A stretch of DNA of 64,000 nucleotides, taken from positions 682,001 to 746,000 of the forward strand of contig NW_027191453.1 in assembly GCF_011745625.1 (NCBI RefSeq). The letters are read 5' to 3'. The notes under the pieces were generated by a model. The model searched no databases. It worked only from the letters and a program-made list of their open reading frames with translations, and was not told the origin of the DNA. Shown piece by piece: positions 41,147-53,586 of this stretch (its first letter is position 1; every line of letters starts with the position of its first letter). The position numbers and the translations under genes were made by a program. The DNA is from Cladosporium halotolerans. Taxonomy: Eukaryota.

Positions 41147-41584
41147 GTGCGTGCGTGCGGTGCGTGTTTTCGATTGATACCCGCTTGGATTGGCAGTGCG
41201 GCTGTGGTGTTGATGATATACCTTGATGAATGGCGAAGTGATGGAGAGCGGGGGGAGAGGTTGCTTGCTGCGGGAGGCGAGGCATGTTTGGCCGATTTGC
41301 GCTCATCTTTTTGGCTGGGTTATCTTGCTTTATCTCTGTGGTTTTTTAGCGACTCGATCTGGGAAATGGAAAGAAACGAGACAAGAGGCGCACACAGGGC
41401 GCCCGGGGAGGATGGAAGGAGAAGGCGAGAGATGCGCTTTTCGCATCAGAGAGCGCGGCGCTTCCGCGCGCACGCGCGCATGCATTCATGACATTAACGA
41501 CGAGATGTATATACAAATATTCTCCTCCCCCCCCGGAAATCCAATCACACATGCTCGTGGACCCGGTAACAGATATTACACCAT

Positions 41585-43273
41585 CTACGCGAGCACCTTC
41601 TCCGCCCCATACGTCGCCCCGGGCTGATGCTCGCCGTGAATCCCCTCGCACTTCCAGTTCCCCGGCTCGTCCGGGCTGCCCTCGCCCACGTACCGCGCCT
41701 GCATCGGCCACTTGCAGATCGGCCTCTGCCTCAGCACCGTCTCGCGCGTCGCCTCGTCCTCCCACTCGGTCGCCACCAGCGTCTCCGGCGCCGTGCCCTC
41801 CTCCACCCACGCCATGAGCGCCAGCAGCTCGTCGTGCGCCGCGTCCCTGAAGCCGGGCACGCCGTAGGAGCCGTTGCCCAGCGCGCCGGCCTGGTTGGGC
41901 CCCGCGAAGTACCAGGGCGCGCGCACGCTGTCCGGCGTCCCCATGCAGTGTTGCATGCCGGGGACGACGAAGAAGCGGTAGAAGTCGTCGACGGAGACGT
42001 TTTTGCCCGCGAGGGCTTGCTGCACCTGGCTGTGGAAGTAGACGCTGGAGCCGGTCGGGATCAGGCCGTCGGCGGTGCCGTGGTGGTGCATGAGCTTGCC
42101 GCCGCGGGCGTGGAAGGGCGACAGGTCGTAGTCGGTGGCCGAGGCGTTGCCGGGGCGGGTTTGGTCCGCGAGCGCGAGGACGCTGGCGTTGAAGGTCGTG
42201 TAGTCCCAGTCTGGGTTGGAGAGGACGAAATCCGCGGCGTAGTCGGTGCCGTAGGTGCTGGGCTGCGGCTGGCCGATGAGGAAGCCCCATTGGGCTTCGC
42301 TGCCGAGCTCGAGGCCGGGGAAGACGAAGGTGTTGTCGGCCTCGTGCCAGGCGCTGTAGATCTGCTTGAGGGTTTCGAGCTGAGGTGGGGTGAGGCAGCC
42401 GGCGGCGGTTTGGTTCTTGAGCTCGGCGTCGCAGGAGCAGAGGAGGGCTTCGGGCACGAAGCGGCAGCCGAAGGTGTCGGAGATGATGTTGTCCTTGAGC
42501 CCGTCTTGCCAGTCGCACTGCGCGAGGACTTCCTTGCCGATGGCCTCGAAGAGCGCGGGCGGGATGCGGCTGCTGGAGTTGGTGCCGGCGTTCAAGATGC
42601 CGACGCGCAGACTCCAGAGCTGAAGGTGGTCCGTCCACCAGGCGGGGGCGCCGGCGAGGACACCGTCGAAGGTCTCAGGGTGGAGCTGGACCTCGCGGAT
42701 GGCCTGGCGTCCACCGGTGCTGCAGCCGGAGAAGTAGGCGTACTTGGCCTCGTCCTCGTAGTACGCTTCCGCGACCTGGCGGGCCATCAAGGCCGAGCCG
42801 TGGATGGCGCGGTAGCCCCAGTCGGCCTGAGTCTCCGGCGCGTCCAGGGCCCAGGAGAGATCGCCGGATGTCGAGTTGTGGCCGGTGTCGGTTGACCAAG
42901 AGGCGAATCCATAGTGGAGTCCTGCGGCCATGTCAAGCCAGTTGACGCCGCCAGCGAAGCCGCCATTGCCAACGCCCAGGATGCGATTGTTGTAGGTCTT
43001 GGTGTCCGGCAGGAAGAGACCAAAGGAGAAGGCGGAAGTAGGAGATGAGGTTACGTTCACTTGCAGGGCACACGCAGCGGGAAGATTGGTGGGAGACTTC
43101 GGGTAGGCAATGTTGCCAGGCGATACGTGGAAGGTGCCATTTTCGGAGACTGTATCGACAAAAAGCAGAGTGGCGTTGTCCGGGAGGATTGACGCGAAGT
43201 AGTCGTGAGAGCAGTCGGCGAGGGCGGTGGGTAGAGCCGCAGCCAAGGATGACAGGAGGATTGTGGAGCGCAT
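41585..43273 (-). CDS. Secreted tannase/feruloyl esterase (tannase family)
   Basis: Signal peptide MRSTILLSSLAAALPTALA (ATG 43273). Motifs GNGGFAG, STDTGH, nucleophile GCSTGGRQ, FDGVLAGAPA, HHG.ADGLI (Asp) and PGMQHC (His-Cys), the CS-D-HC signature. Confidence 0.94.
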   Translation of the reverse strand: MRSTILLSSLAAALPTALADCSHDYFASILPDNATLLFVDTVSENGTFHVSPGNIAYPKSPTNLPAACALQVNVTSSPTSAFSFGLFLPDTKTYNNRILGVGNGGFAGGVNWLDMAAGLHYGFASWSTDTGHNSTSGDLSWALDAPETQADWGYRAIHGSALMARQVAEAYYEDEAKYAYFSGCSTGGRQAIREVQLHPETFDGVLAGAPAWWTDHLQLWSLRVGILNAGTNSSSRIPPALFEAIGKEVLAQCDWQDGLKDNIISDTFGCRFVPEALLCSCDAELKNQTAAGCLTPPQLETLKQIYSAWHEADNTFVFPGLELGSEAQWGFLIGQPQPSTYGTDYAADFVLSNPDWDYTTFNASVLALADQTRPGNASATDYDLSPFHARGGKLMHHHGTADGLIPTGSSVYFHSQVQQALAGKNVSVDDFYRFFVVPGMQHCMGTPDSVRAPWYFAGPNQAGALGNGSYGVPGFRDAAHDELLALMAWVEEGTAPETLVATEWEDEATRETVLRQRPICKWPMQARYVGEGSPDEPGNWKCEGIHGEHQPGATYGAEKVLA

Positions 43274-44204
43274 GATGTGCGGCGACCAGCACTGCACGGG
43301 GAAATGGACAACAGGTGAGGGAAGGGGAGGCGGCGTACGTGTTGCGTACGTGGGCGGGTATACAGCAATATAAATACAGACGCAGAGAAGGACGATGGCC
43401 ACGGTCCTTTCGGCGGCGAACAGGCCGACTGAGGAGCAAAGACGTTAGGCGACGCGAGGCATTTGATGCTCGACGTCAATGCATCGCGGCCCTGTCCATC
43501 ATCTGCCGCCGGGGGGTCCACCGCCGACTCCCGTGCTCTGCGTGCTGGACAGCCACGACTGACAGATCTGTCTTCTGCAGTGACGTTGCAAGGGCCGCCG
43601 AGGGCTCAGGACGGCAGCATACGAGGCGGTTGGAGCGGGGGGCGGTGCAGGGCAGAGGCGTGAGAGGATGGCCTGGCGTGGCCTGGCGTGTCTGGCTGCT
43701 GCGACGGCGAGGCTGGGCCGTCTCGCGCTGTTTCTGCTTCACCTCCGCGCGCTTGTCGTCTCCCGACTTCCATTGCCGGGGTGCATTTGGACCCACTTGA
43801 AGACGAGCCCCAATATCACCGCCTCTGGCCGCGCGCGCTCTCGACCCAGCTCTCGCATCTGAGACCGCCCTGTTTCACGATCTCCGCCCTTCATCTTGCT
43901 GCTGCTGCGTTAGGCCAAAGTATCAAGGCACGCTGCATCCGACTTCTCTCCCGGCACTCACCACCGGCTCTCCGGCTCCTTGCCCTCAAGGTATCCACTG
44001 CCAGGGTATCCACCGGCACCGTCATGTTATACTGTATTTCACGTGGGTTTTAGCTTGAACGATACGTCAGATATATACATGTACATTCGAGCTGTGCTCC
44101 GCCTGCAGCAAATTGCCTCCCTTATGCAGCCATATATTGTATCACATGGTATCCCAAACAATAGGAAATATCCCCCGTCTCACATGAATGGGATCAGAGC
44201 TCGC

Positions 44205-45489
44205 TCACAGCTTCGCCTTGATCGGCTCCTCGTCTGCGAGCGGCCCATTCTCCACCGCGACCGCAACGACAACCGCGATGTCGTCCGGCTTGCCGCCCTG
44301 CCACGCCTCGTGAGGGTAGTAAAGCTTGACTTCTCTTGCGAACGGTCCATTCCTCTTTGTGTCCAGTCCTGCGAGCTTCGCCTCGCGCATGACCGCCGAT
44401 GCCAACAGACCGGGCAAATAGCCCTCCTGCATCTTCGGAGAGACCTTCCCAGGTAATGACCTGACCTTCGTCTCATTCAACGTCGTCTCGCCGCCGGCCT
44501 CGTTCCAGTAGCCCTGCTCCTCCATCACCTTCGTGACTACCTTCAGCACGTCCTGCGCGCTCAAGTTGTCCCAAACGCCGTCCGTCGCAAACAGCACAAT
44601 ATCGCCGTGCTGCACCTTATGCTTCGTCACATCCGCGTCCTGTGGCGTCTCGGAGAAGTGTGTGCTGCCGCCAAAGATAGCGTGCTGTGCCTGCATCTTG
44701 GGCGGCACTTTCGACATCTGGTAGGGCGTGTTGAAGGCGTGCGTCTGCATCTCGCTGCGGAAAGCGATCTTGCCGGGGCTCACGATCACGAACCCGCTGT
44801 CTCCTAAGCTGTTCCGAATTGTCAACACATCGTCCTTCCCACCCCAAGTTCCCCTCCCCATATGACAGCACAGAAAATCGCGAGACTCACTTCGCAGCCT
44901 CCAGCCCCCCCTCCCCATCCAACACCCCCAAACTCGCCGTGCACCCGCCCGCCACAATCCGCGGATTGCCAATCACAGCATCATACGCCGTCTGCATCAG
45001 CTCCCGCGGCCTCAGCCCCGCTCCCTCGAAAATATGCGCCGTCCCCGCCATCAGCCCGCATAACCCATGGCTGAAGTCGCTGGGATCCACGCCCGAGTCC
45101 TGCCACCCGCCGACCCCGTCCGCGACGCCGAAGGCCACCGTGTGCGCGTCGCCGCCCACCGTCGCCATGAAGAACGCGTCCTCGCCCGCATCGGGCTTCG
45201 TCGACCGCACGTACGGCGGCGCCTGCGCGCCCGCCGCGCTGCTGTAGGGCCAGAAATGGGCGGGGCGCGGCGGGGCGCTGCGCTTCGCGGACGCGGCGGC
45301 CGCGAGCCGGTAGGTGAAGGGTGGAGGGGAGGAGCTGGAGTAGGAGCGCAGGAGGGGCAGCGCGGAGGGGAGTTTGGGGCTGGCGTGTCGGAGGTAGAGG
45401 CCTGAGAGGCCGGCGGCGAGGACGGCGGTTGTGCCTAGGAGGCCGCGGGCGAGGGAGAGGGTGGGCCGGGAGGTGGTTGTTGAGGGCAT
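44205..45489 (-). CDS. PTC7: PTC7/Azr1-type mitochondrial PP2C phosphatase, 2 exons
   Basis: Arg/Ser/Leu-rich presequence-like N-terminus; GEDAFF, GVADGVGGW..SGVDPS.FS, GGCTA | intron 44890-44809 | NLGDSGF, QTHAFNTPYQ, ATDGVWDNL, GGKPDDI. Confidence 0.92.
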
Positions 45490-45845
45490 GGTCGTGGGTT
45501 TCTCAATGCGGTGTGGGGGGGAGTGTGGGTGGCGGCTTTTTAGCCATGTTGTGCGACCATTGTGGGTTGGGTTGATCTGTTGATTTGTTGATTTGTTGTA
45601 CTCTGGTAGAGAAAGTCGAGAGGGCCATTGGCGGCGTCTCGAGTCTGACGGCATGCTCGATGACGGCGGGCCCGAGCGCAACTTTCGGCTTGCATGTGAG
45701 CTTGAGCTTGCGCGAGAGAGCCAGACAAACTTTCCAGTCCAACCGCATGCGACAACCCAAACTGCACTTCTCGCGACACTTTTGATTCTACACCCCACGC
45801 TCGCTTGCATACAGTTGTTCGTCGCCAAAGCAGCAAGCAGCCGAC

Positions 45846-47571
45846 ATGGCGCGCCACCCGGCGAGGCAGGCGTACGTGGAGGAGGAAATGGACATGGTAA
45901 GCAGCCCGCCCCCCGCCAGCGAACCGGTTATTCACGCGCCGACCAGAGCGAGACCTTTGCTTGCGGCTGAGCACACGAAACTCAAGGCACATGACTGATA
46001 CGTGGAATGGCAGGATGCGCCAGGCGTTGACATCAACAACATCCGTAAGTGAGATTGCGCCGCTGCACAGCCTTTCCGACCTACGGCTCGCTGACACAGA
46101 TACAGCAACTGATACCAACTATTCACTACCCTCTGGATCGGCCGCGCCTTCACAACAGACATCTTCGATTCTGGACGATTTCGCGCGCAAGCGCAAAGTG
46201 GCTGCTATAGCTGTGCCAACGGATGAGAAGAGGGTACGCACCGAGCTGCGGAATCGCGGCGAGCCGGTGACTTTGTTTGGAGAGCGGCCGGAAGACAGGC
46301 GCGATCGGTTACGAGGGATTCTGTATGCGGAGCAGGAGGGTGGTCAAGATGAGGACATGCAGGATGTCAGTGATGAGTCGGACGAGGAGGGCGACGAGGC
46401 GGATGAGGAGTTCTACACTGAGGGATCGGAGGCGCTGTTGGCTGCGAGGCGGGACATTGCCAGGTACAGTCTGCCGCGGACGGCGCAGAGGGTCGCGTAT
46501 CAGAAGGAAGAGAGCAAGATTCCGGTGGCGACGCATGTGAAGCACAGGAAGGAGATCAAGGATCGACTGGCTGGGTTTGAGCTGTTTGGGTCGCAGATTG
46601 CGGGAGAGAGACCGGTCAGCATGGTTCGCTTTTCGCCAAACGGTGAGATTGTGGCGAGCGGCGACTGGGCTGGTAGCATCAAGCTTCTCGACGTGCCCAA
46701 CCTGGAGACTAAGATGACATTACGAGGGCATAAGTCCATGATCGGCGGCCTTGCTTGGTATCCTGGCGCCACCCTACCGACCTCCAACGTCGGTCCCAAT
46801 AGCCTCAACCTCGCCTCAGCTGGCGGCGAAGGCGACATCCACCTCTGGTCTCTCACACAAGACACACCAATCTCCACCCTCTCTGGCCACACAGCGCGAG
46901 CAGTCCGCACCGCCTTCCACCCCTCCGGCCGCTACCTTGCCAGCGCTAGCTACGACACGACATGGCGTCTCTGGGACGTCAACACCACGCAAGAACTCCT
47001 CCTCCAAGAAGGGCACAGCAAAGAAGTCTTCACGGTTGCCTTCAATGAAGATGGCTCTCTGGCCGCCTCCGCTGGCCTCGACAGCATTGGGCGCATCTGG
47101 GACCTTCGCTCCGGCCGCACAATCATGTTCCTCGACGCGCACGTCGCGCCCATCCACGCGCTCGACTGGGGCAGCGACGGGCACCGCGTGCTGACGGGGT
47201 CCGCGGACGGCTTCGCCAAGTGCTGGGACCTGCGGGCGGTGCGCGAGACGGCGAGCGTCGGCGCGCACCGCGGCGGCGTCACGGACCTGAAGTGGTTCAA
47301 AGGCGCCGACGGGCCTATTTCTGGCGCCGCGAGCCGCGATGCCGACGGCGCCATGCAGCCGAAGAAGTCCGGTACCTTCGTCGTCAGCGCGGGCTTCGAC
47401 AAGGCGGTCAACGTCTTCAGCGCAGACGACTGGGCGCTCAGCAAGAGCCTCATCGGCCACGACGGCTCCGTCCTCGCGGCCGATGTCACCGACGACGCGA
47501 GGTGGATCGCGTCCTGTGGCAGAGACCGCACCGTCAAGCTCTGGGCCAGGGACGACATGGAGGGGATATGA
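45846..47571 (+). CDS. PRP4: U4/U6 snRNP WD40 protein Prp4, 3 exons
   Basis: MARHPARQAYVEEEMDM | DAPGVDINNI | ... PRP4/SFM motif VPTDEKRVRTELR..GEPVTLFGE...RRDRLR; EEFYTEG..ALL.ARRDIA.YSL.R; WD40 repeats (FHPSGRYLASASYDTTWRLWD, QEGHSKEV). Confidence 0.95.
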
Positions 47572-48285
47572 TGAGGCGCGGGGGGGAACGCGGACCCAAG
47601 CGAAGGGAAGCAAAAGCCAAGCTCGACCCGAACCGGGCGATCAGCCTCACGGTCCGAAAGAGGCACCTGCAGGTAGGTAGGTACACTGGACAAACAATAA
47701 CAATGATACCCACGAATAGCCGCCGCGCACACGCGACATCCGAACCCGCCTCATTGTTCCTCGCTCCTCTCCTGCATGTCCCATCCCGTTCCCCCACAGC
47801 ACCGCTCCCGCGCCCGATCGTCCCGCTCCTCCCACGCCGAGCGCGCCGAAAGACGCCACCAACGCCTTGCGCCGCGGCTTCATGTCGACGCCCACGTGTC
47901 CTGACGCCCGATGTCCGGTGCCCGACGCCGCAGGCCGAGTGATGCACGTTCGCGTCGCGTGCGTCTCGCTTCATCGGGGTTGCCGTCTGGCGCTGGGGTT
48001 TGGGGAAGGGTTAGGGCTCCGGCGGGATGCGATGCGATGCGACAGCATGTGGAGCGCGAGAGAGGAGAGAGGATGGAGTTCGAGGCGTGGGAGTGGAAGA
48101 GTAGAGGCTTGAGTTCTTAGGGGAGAGCGAGGAGTGGAACAAGCTGCCGTTATTGGGTATCTTCGAACTAAAAGTCACAGCAAGGTCTCAAACGAGGGAC
48201 GCTGAAAAGTAGAACGAAAGAAGAAGACGAAGATCACAACCACCTTCCCAGTCACCAACGCCCCCGTGCCATATCAAACACCCTC

Positions 48286-49659
48286 TCACGGAAGCACCAA
48301 CGCCCCCTCCCCCTCAACAACAAGCCCCTGATCCAACAACCACCGCTCCATCTCCCCATCCCCCTTCCACTCCGCCAGCGCGACGGCCTCCATCCCCAAC
48401 TTCTTCCTCTCATCCATATGCCTCCCCACATGCTCCATATACTCCCCCAAGCACCCCTCGCCCTCAAACCTCTCCTCGCAAAACAAACAAGCGCACCCGC
48501 TCGGCGGCGCGCCCTCGCCAACCGCACACCGCTCCGCCGCCTCGTTCAGCGCCGCCTGCACGCCCGGCTCCCTCGCCAGCGCCAGCGTTTGCGCGCGGCC
48601 GCTCCGCTTCCTCCGCGACCGCGCTTGCGCGACCGGCGCGGCGACGGGGTGCATGCGGCGCACGTGCTGCACGAAGAGGTCCTTGCGGTTGAAGTCGTTG
48701 GGCGCCTTGGCCGGGTCGGCGCGCGAGCACTGGTCGCAGCGCCAGAACTTGAGGCGGAAGTGCTGCGTGAAGGCGTGCCGCTTCCATTCGTTTTTCGCTT
48801 TGAAGGCCGAGGGGCAGCCGTAGGGGGCCAGGGGGCAGGGGAAGGCGCGCGGCGAGGACGGAGGCGCTGGAGAGAGTGGGACGGGGGAGGTTGGTTGGCG
48901 ATGGCCGCGGGAGGGGTGGCGCTTTTCGATCTTGGTGGGTTTGGCGGCGGGGTGTGGGCGGATGTGTCGGTGTTTGGGGCCGCGGCGGCGGGGGACGACT
49001 TCGATTTCGTCGGATGTGTGGCCGTTGTCGTCGTCCTCTCTTACGATGGATATTGCCTGTTGCGCGGGCGCGGGTTGAGACGGCCAGGTGTCTTCCGCCA
49101 TAGGTACCATTTCTTGAGGCTGGGTGTCGGGTAGGTCGAAGTCGTCGCTGAGGCCCTCGAACTGCGGTGTGTCGGGGTATGCTTGGACGAACTGCATGTT
49201 GACGCAGGAGACCTCTCCGTACGCGCCGAAGGGTGGATCGCACGAGGATGCCGTCAGAGCTGGGACAGCGAGATCGTGCAACTCTGGTGTAACGGGCAGG
49301 AAGGATGCAGAGGAGCCGAGCGACGGCGAGGATGAGCCGCTGTGCCTGCTGCTACATCTTTCGTATGAGAGAGACGGCGAGGGCGTGAAGTATGGTGGTT
49401 GCGACTCCGGCGTAGGGCTGTGGTAAGTCGTGTGCATGCCGTTGTTGAACGATCGCTCGAAGGATGGTCGGCTAAACGCCAACGTATGACCGTAGGAATC
49501 GGGATATTGACGATCGACTAAGGCGATGTGATGATCGAAAGAGGGATGATGCAGGTGTTGATCGCGTTGATAGGGCATTCCAGGCTGTGGGTAGGTGGAA
49601 TCAACCGAATAGTCGGCGCATTGCAGCATCGAAGCGTCCGAATACCTGGGGCATGCCAT
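48286..49659 (-). CDS. Fungal C2H2 zinc-finger protein (putative transcription factor)
   Basis: FPCPLAPYGCPSAFKAKNEWKRHAFTQH, WRCDQC...NDFNRKDLFVQHVRRMH and C.FC...F......YMEHVGRH. Ser/Pro-rich N-terminus. Confidence 0.88.
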   Translation of the reverse strand: MACPRYSDASMLQCADYSVDSTYPQPGMPYQRDQHLHHPSFDHHIALVDRQYPDSYGHTLAFSRPSFERSFNNGMHTTYHSPTPESQPPYFTPSPSLSYERCSSRHSGSSSPSLGSSASFLPVTPELHDLAVPALTASSCDPPFGAYGEVSCVNMQFVQAYPDTPQFEGLSDDFDLPDTQPQEMVPMAEDTWPSQPAPAQQAISIVREDDDNGHTSDEIEVVPRRRGPKHRHIRPHPAAKPTKIEKRHPSRGHRQPTSPVPLSPAPPSSPRAFPCPLAPYGCPSAFKAKNEWKRHAFTQHFRLKFWRCDQCSRADPAKAPNDFNRKDLFVQHVRRMHPVAAPVAQARSRRKRSGRAQTLALAREPGVQAALNEAAERCAVGEGAPPSGCACLFCEERFEGEGCLGEYMEHVGRHMDERKKLGMEAVALAEWKGDGEMERWLLDQGLVVEGEGALVLP

Positions 49660-51832
49660 GTGTGCAGTACAGATCGATCGGTTGAATCGTGGTCCAAGGT
49701 CGCTTGGAGCAGATCGACGACAATGAACCAGTGATCGAAATTCACTTCGTCAAACAATGACTGCCAAAGGGTGGATGACCCCAACGAGTAGCTTATCGTG
49801 AGTAAACGGGGACTGATCAGAGAAGATGTTGATAGTTGTAAATGCTGGAGTTCTGGGCCGAGGCCACTTCGGAGAGTTGTGAACAGTATTTATGCCAGGA
49901 TGGGCTGTTTTGAGCGCTAGAGCCTCGAATGGCTCGGTTTAGATACGAGTGAATGCAAATGAGAAGCGATACCAACGGTAAACTATCGAGAGGCTGCACC
50001 CTACCTTGCAAGTGCTACGCCATTATATGCGATTTCCGCGTGTCGCGAGTGTACTACACATCAGCAGAGCCTCATTTTCCACACCATCTCAGGTTGAGCT
50101 GCGGGATGCGGCACTTGCCCATGCACCGGTGAAGGCCCACTCTAGGGAGGCAAATAGCACCAACCAGCAAGCGCCTCGCGTCTCTTGACACGGCAGCGCT
50201 CGCGCGAGCGTAACGCCACTGTTCCCCTTCGATTGGCGGGATACGCAGGCGCGGAAGCGGGCAGCAGGGCGGAGCGACGTGGATAGTGAGATGCTGCAGG
50301 AGGTGGAACGTCCATTGGCCGCTCGCGCCGCGTCCTCCTCTGGGACGGCACGCTTATGGGTGGCCCCGGGGAGCATCCCACTGTCCAGGTGAAGATAGCA
50401 TGGTGCAATGACGCTCTTGTGTCTGGTGGGGGGCGAGAAAGGCGAATTGGTCTGCAAGGCGTGCATGCCCTGGCACCGTCTCCACGCGTCTGACGGCATG
50501 ACAATGACAGTCTCGCCATCTAACACAGCCAGAGTCTGTGCGCTGGACGTGATCTTCGCTGCTGGCTGCAGAGGGTCGAGGCGAAGCGCAACTCCGCCTA
50601 CTATGGCTCCAGTAGGATGCCCAGGCTATCGGCGCCTGAGGTGCAGCAAATGCCTGTCTTGAGGCGCTAGGGTGGCAACCAAGGATCTCCTCGGCGATAT
50701 GGATGCCCGAATACATGGGTAAATCACATAGCGCCAGCAATCTGGGCCCGGGCGATCGGCGTTGCGCTGCACCGAAGCGGTAGTAGGCGACTAGGAGAGC
50801 AGGGCAGCACGGCGTGCAGGGGCCTTTGCCAAAAGGAAAGCGCATGCATCATGCAGGCCGATCACTGGGCGTACCTCAGCTGAAGGCGGCGCTGTGCAGT
50901 AGTCTGGCCCGAGGCTGAGGGCTTGCGGCATACGCATGAGGTTGATGGCTGCTCCGCGATGACGGAAAAAGAGGAGAGAGTAGGGGTGCCTTTCTGCTTG
51001 TATCTCTGCCCTGCCCTGCCATCAGCCCATGCGATGCCCGAACCGATACCAACGCCCCATTGCCTAATAGGCAAATGAAGTCAGCCGGCGCCCGTGGTAG
51101 AGCGCATCACGGGGAATGCGACCGTACCTCATGTCGCCGTGTTGTTGGTGTTCTGGTCGGGTCAGGCGTGAGGTTGCCTTGATTCCTCGAGCCTGAGGCC
51201 GCCCGGGCATTGCAAGAGGCAGTTCGCCTTGAGCAAAGCGGCCGGCGTAGATGTGAGCATGTCGTGATCATCGCTGCTACCTCCCTGAGACACGGATGTC
51301 TCGCGGTGAGACATTGTCCCCGTTGCGGTGCACGCCGGTCGCTACGATATCAAGAATCTAAATGCCATTATCTCTCATCTTCTCAGTTTCGCTAGAGTAT
51401 ATGAAGGCGTGGTCTTATTGTGTCTGTCGAAATTGTCTGGTCCTCCACCTGCGTGGCGTCGTCTGAGTCCTCAATTGTCGACACGCGTACTTTACAACAC
51501 GACGTGATGTGCTGTGCAACCTGTGTGAGACAAGCATGTCTCAGAGCGAGACATTCGAGAAGATAGTTCGGTGCTGAATTCGCCTTCTACTAACGTCGTA
51601 CATACGTTTTGCTGAAAATCATGCACACACGTTCAAGCAGAAAGTAAGGAGAATAGCTGAGTCAACGGCAGACAACCCCTCAGATGACATACCGAACCCC
51701 TCAGCTGCATGTTTATTAATCGAATGCGAGTGAATTCATAAACTTTTTCTGATGAGATGAGAATGGGAAGAAGCCAGCGAGCAAAGACTAAAGGTGAAAA
51801 TCAACTCGGAATGAATTTCACCTTATTCTCGC

Positions 51833-53586
51833 TCAGCATTTGTCACACTCGTCCAAGTTCACCAATCGATCGGAGCGTTTCCTCGCAAGCCGCTTCCGTC
51901 TTCTATCAACGCACAGCCATATACTGATGGTCACCAAGAGCAGGATGCATGTCAATACCAGGAATATCAGCATCTCTGGCTCGAAGACGATACTGGCTCG
52001 TCCTCCATGATGATTGACCTTGACGTAGCCCATGCTCAACAGCGTCTCCTGAACCATTAGTCACAGCGCAATCCTAACGGATCGAGGGGATTATACTCAC
52101 TGAAACGAAAGATGCTGGGAGATACACGAGCGTGAGGATGGTGATGGTCTTGAGCGTCTTGGTGTCTTCTCTTGCCGAGATCGAGATTTCCATGATCTCT
52201 TTGTTTTCGTCCTGGGCTAGCTGCAGTATCTCAGCTGTGTGACCGCTGTTGATGCGGGAGTCGTCCAAGCTGCGGAAGGAAATGATGTTGTTCATCTTTG
52301 ACCCTAGTCAGGGACTGTCACCAGCTATACTGGCCTTTGTTTGCAACGCACATGATTGGCAAGGGTAGCGGTGCGTGCAAGCATTCCGTCGGCTCTATGT
52401 AATAGACCACCAAGGCTTGCGAGACTTGGGTCAAAAGAGTTCGCGAATGTAGCACCTCGAGCAAAGAGGTCACGGGATAGGCTTTCAATCACGCTGAGAT
52501 TCGCTCTCAAAGCAGAGCGAACGTGTTGCAGTTTACCCTTAGCGGTCTGTAGCGCTTGTAAGTCACGGAACACGATGATCGTCTGGGTACCCAGATGTGT
52601 TGCGCCATTAGTGGTCGGGTCTACTGAAGCTTTCGTGTCCTGTGTATTCATCAGTGCCTGGAATAATGGCATGATGTATCTCTGATACTCAAACGTACAA
52701 GAGTATTCAATTCCTCTTCGAGATAGTTGCAGTAGCAACTCCACTGCATAGTCGCGGATGACACCAAGATCAGATGAATGCTTGCACCGTTGCTTGGAGC
52801 CTCTGTCGTCCCGTTTCGAATGGCTTTCAACCTTCGCCTAAGCGATTGACTCGCGGTATGGTTGATGAGAAGGAATTGTGAACTATTTGCACTCTGGCAA
52901 GCCCGTTCGTAGACCGCGAACTGCCGAATCGACCATGGATCAGCCTGGTCGCTTCGTCCGTGCAGTTCCACGCACTGCAATAGGAAGCAACGGTCTATGC
53001 CTATCAGCAAATGCCAAAGTACACTTGAGAACATTAAGTCTCACCGACCCTGTCACCGTCGAAAGAAGATATCAACGCGGGGATACCACTAGCCTCGCTC
53101 GATTGCGACCTTCTATTCCCAAATGTATGAAGTATTCTGGCGAAGGCAGATGATGCATCCATGTATTGTAGGACGCAACGCATCATCTGTTCTGAGATTT
53201 GGAGGGCACCCCAAGAGAAGGTTTGTTGCACCATGCTGTCACAAATTAGCGTCGATACAGCTGTTCGAGAGTTGATTTTGGATACAGGATGCGGAGTCTG
53301 ACGTCTGTCGGTGTATTCAGATGGCTGATCAAAGACTGGAGATTCTTCAGGGCGGTCGCTGAGCGCTCTTGTCAATGACATAGCCTGTGCATGTTATTAA
53401 AGTGTACACACATTCCCGTCCGATGTCCAGACATCGCACACAGCCTTGTCCCAGGGGGCTGAAGAGCCTGGTAGAATCCAAACAGAGGTCTCTGTCGCAT
53501 TGGTCAAGGTCGTATAAGCATTCGCTGAGACCTCCTCGCAATGGCCAGGTGCCAGTCACAGGAAGCATCATTTTTTCAAGTAGCAT
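51833..53586 (-). CDS. Fungal CorA-like domain protein with two C-terminal TM helices, 7 exons
   Basis: Six GT-AG introns give a continuous frame: ...RLRIL|MVQQTFSWGALQISE...FARILHTFG...|DRCFLLQCVELHGR...PWSIRQFAVY...W..YCNYLEEEL|...FRDLQALQ...L.AN..VI|...AREDTKTLKTITILTLVYLPASFVS|TLLSMGYV...MLIFLVLTCILLLVTISIWLCV.RRRK. No canonical GMN motif. Confidence 0.8.

Noticed and set aside
24704..43273. Secondary-metabolite cluster (oxygenase, reductase, transporter, P450, esterase)
   Set aside because: There is no PKS, NRPS, terpene synthase or other backbone gene, and the genes are dispersed among long intergenic regions and unrelated genes.
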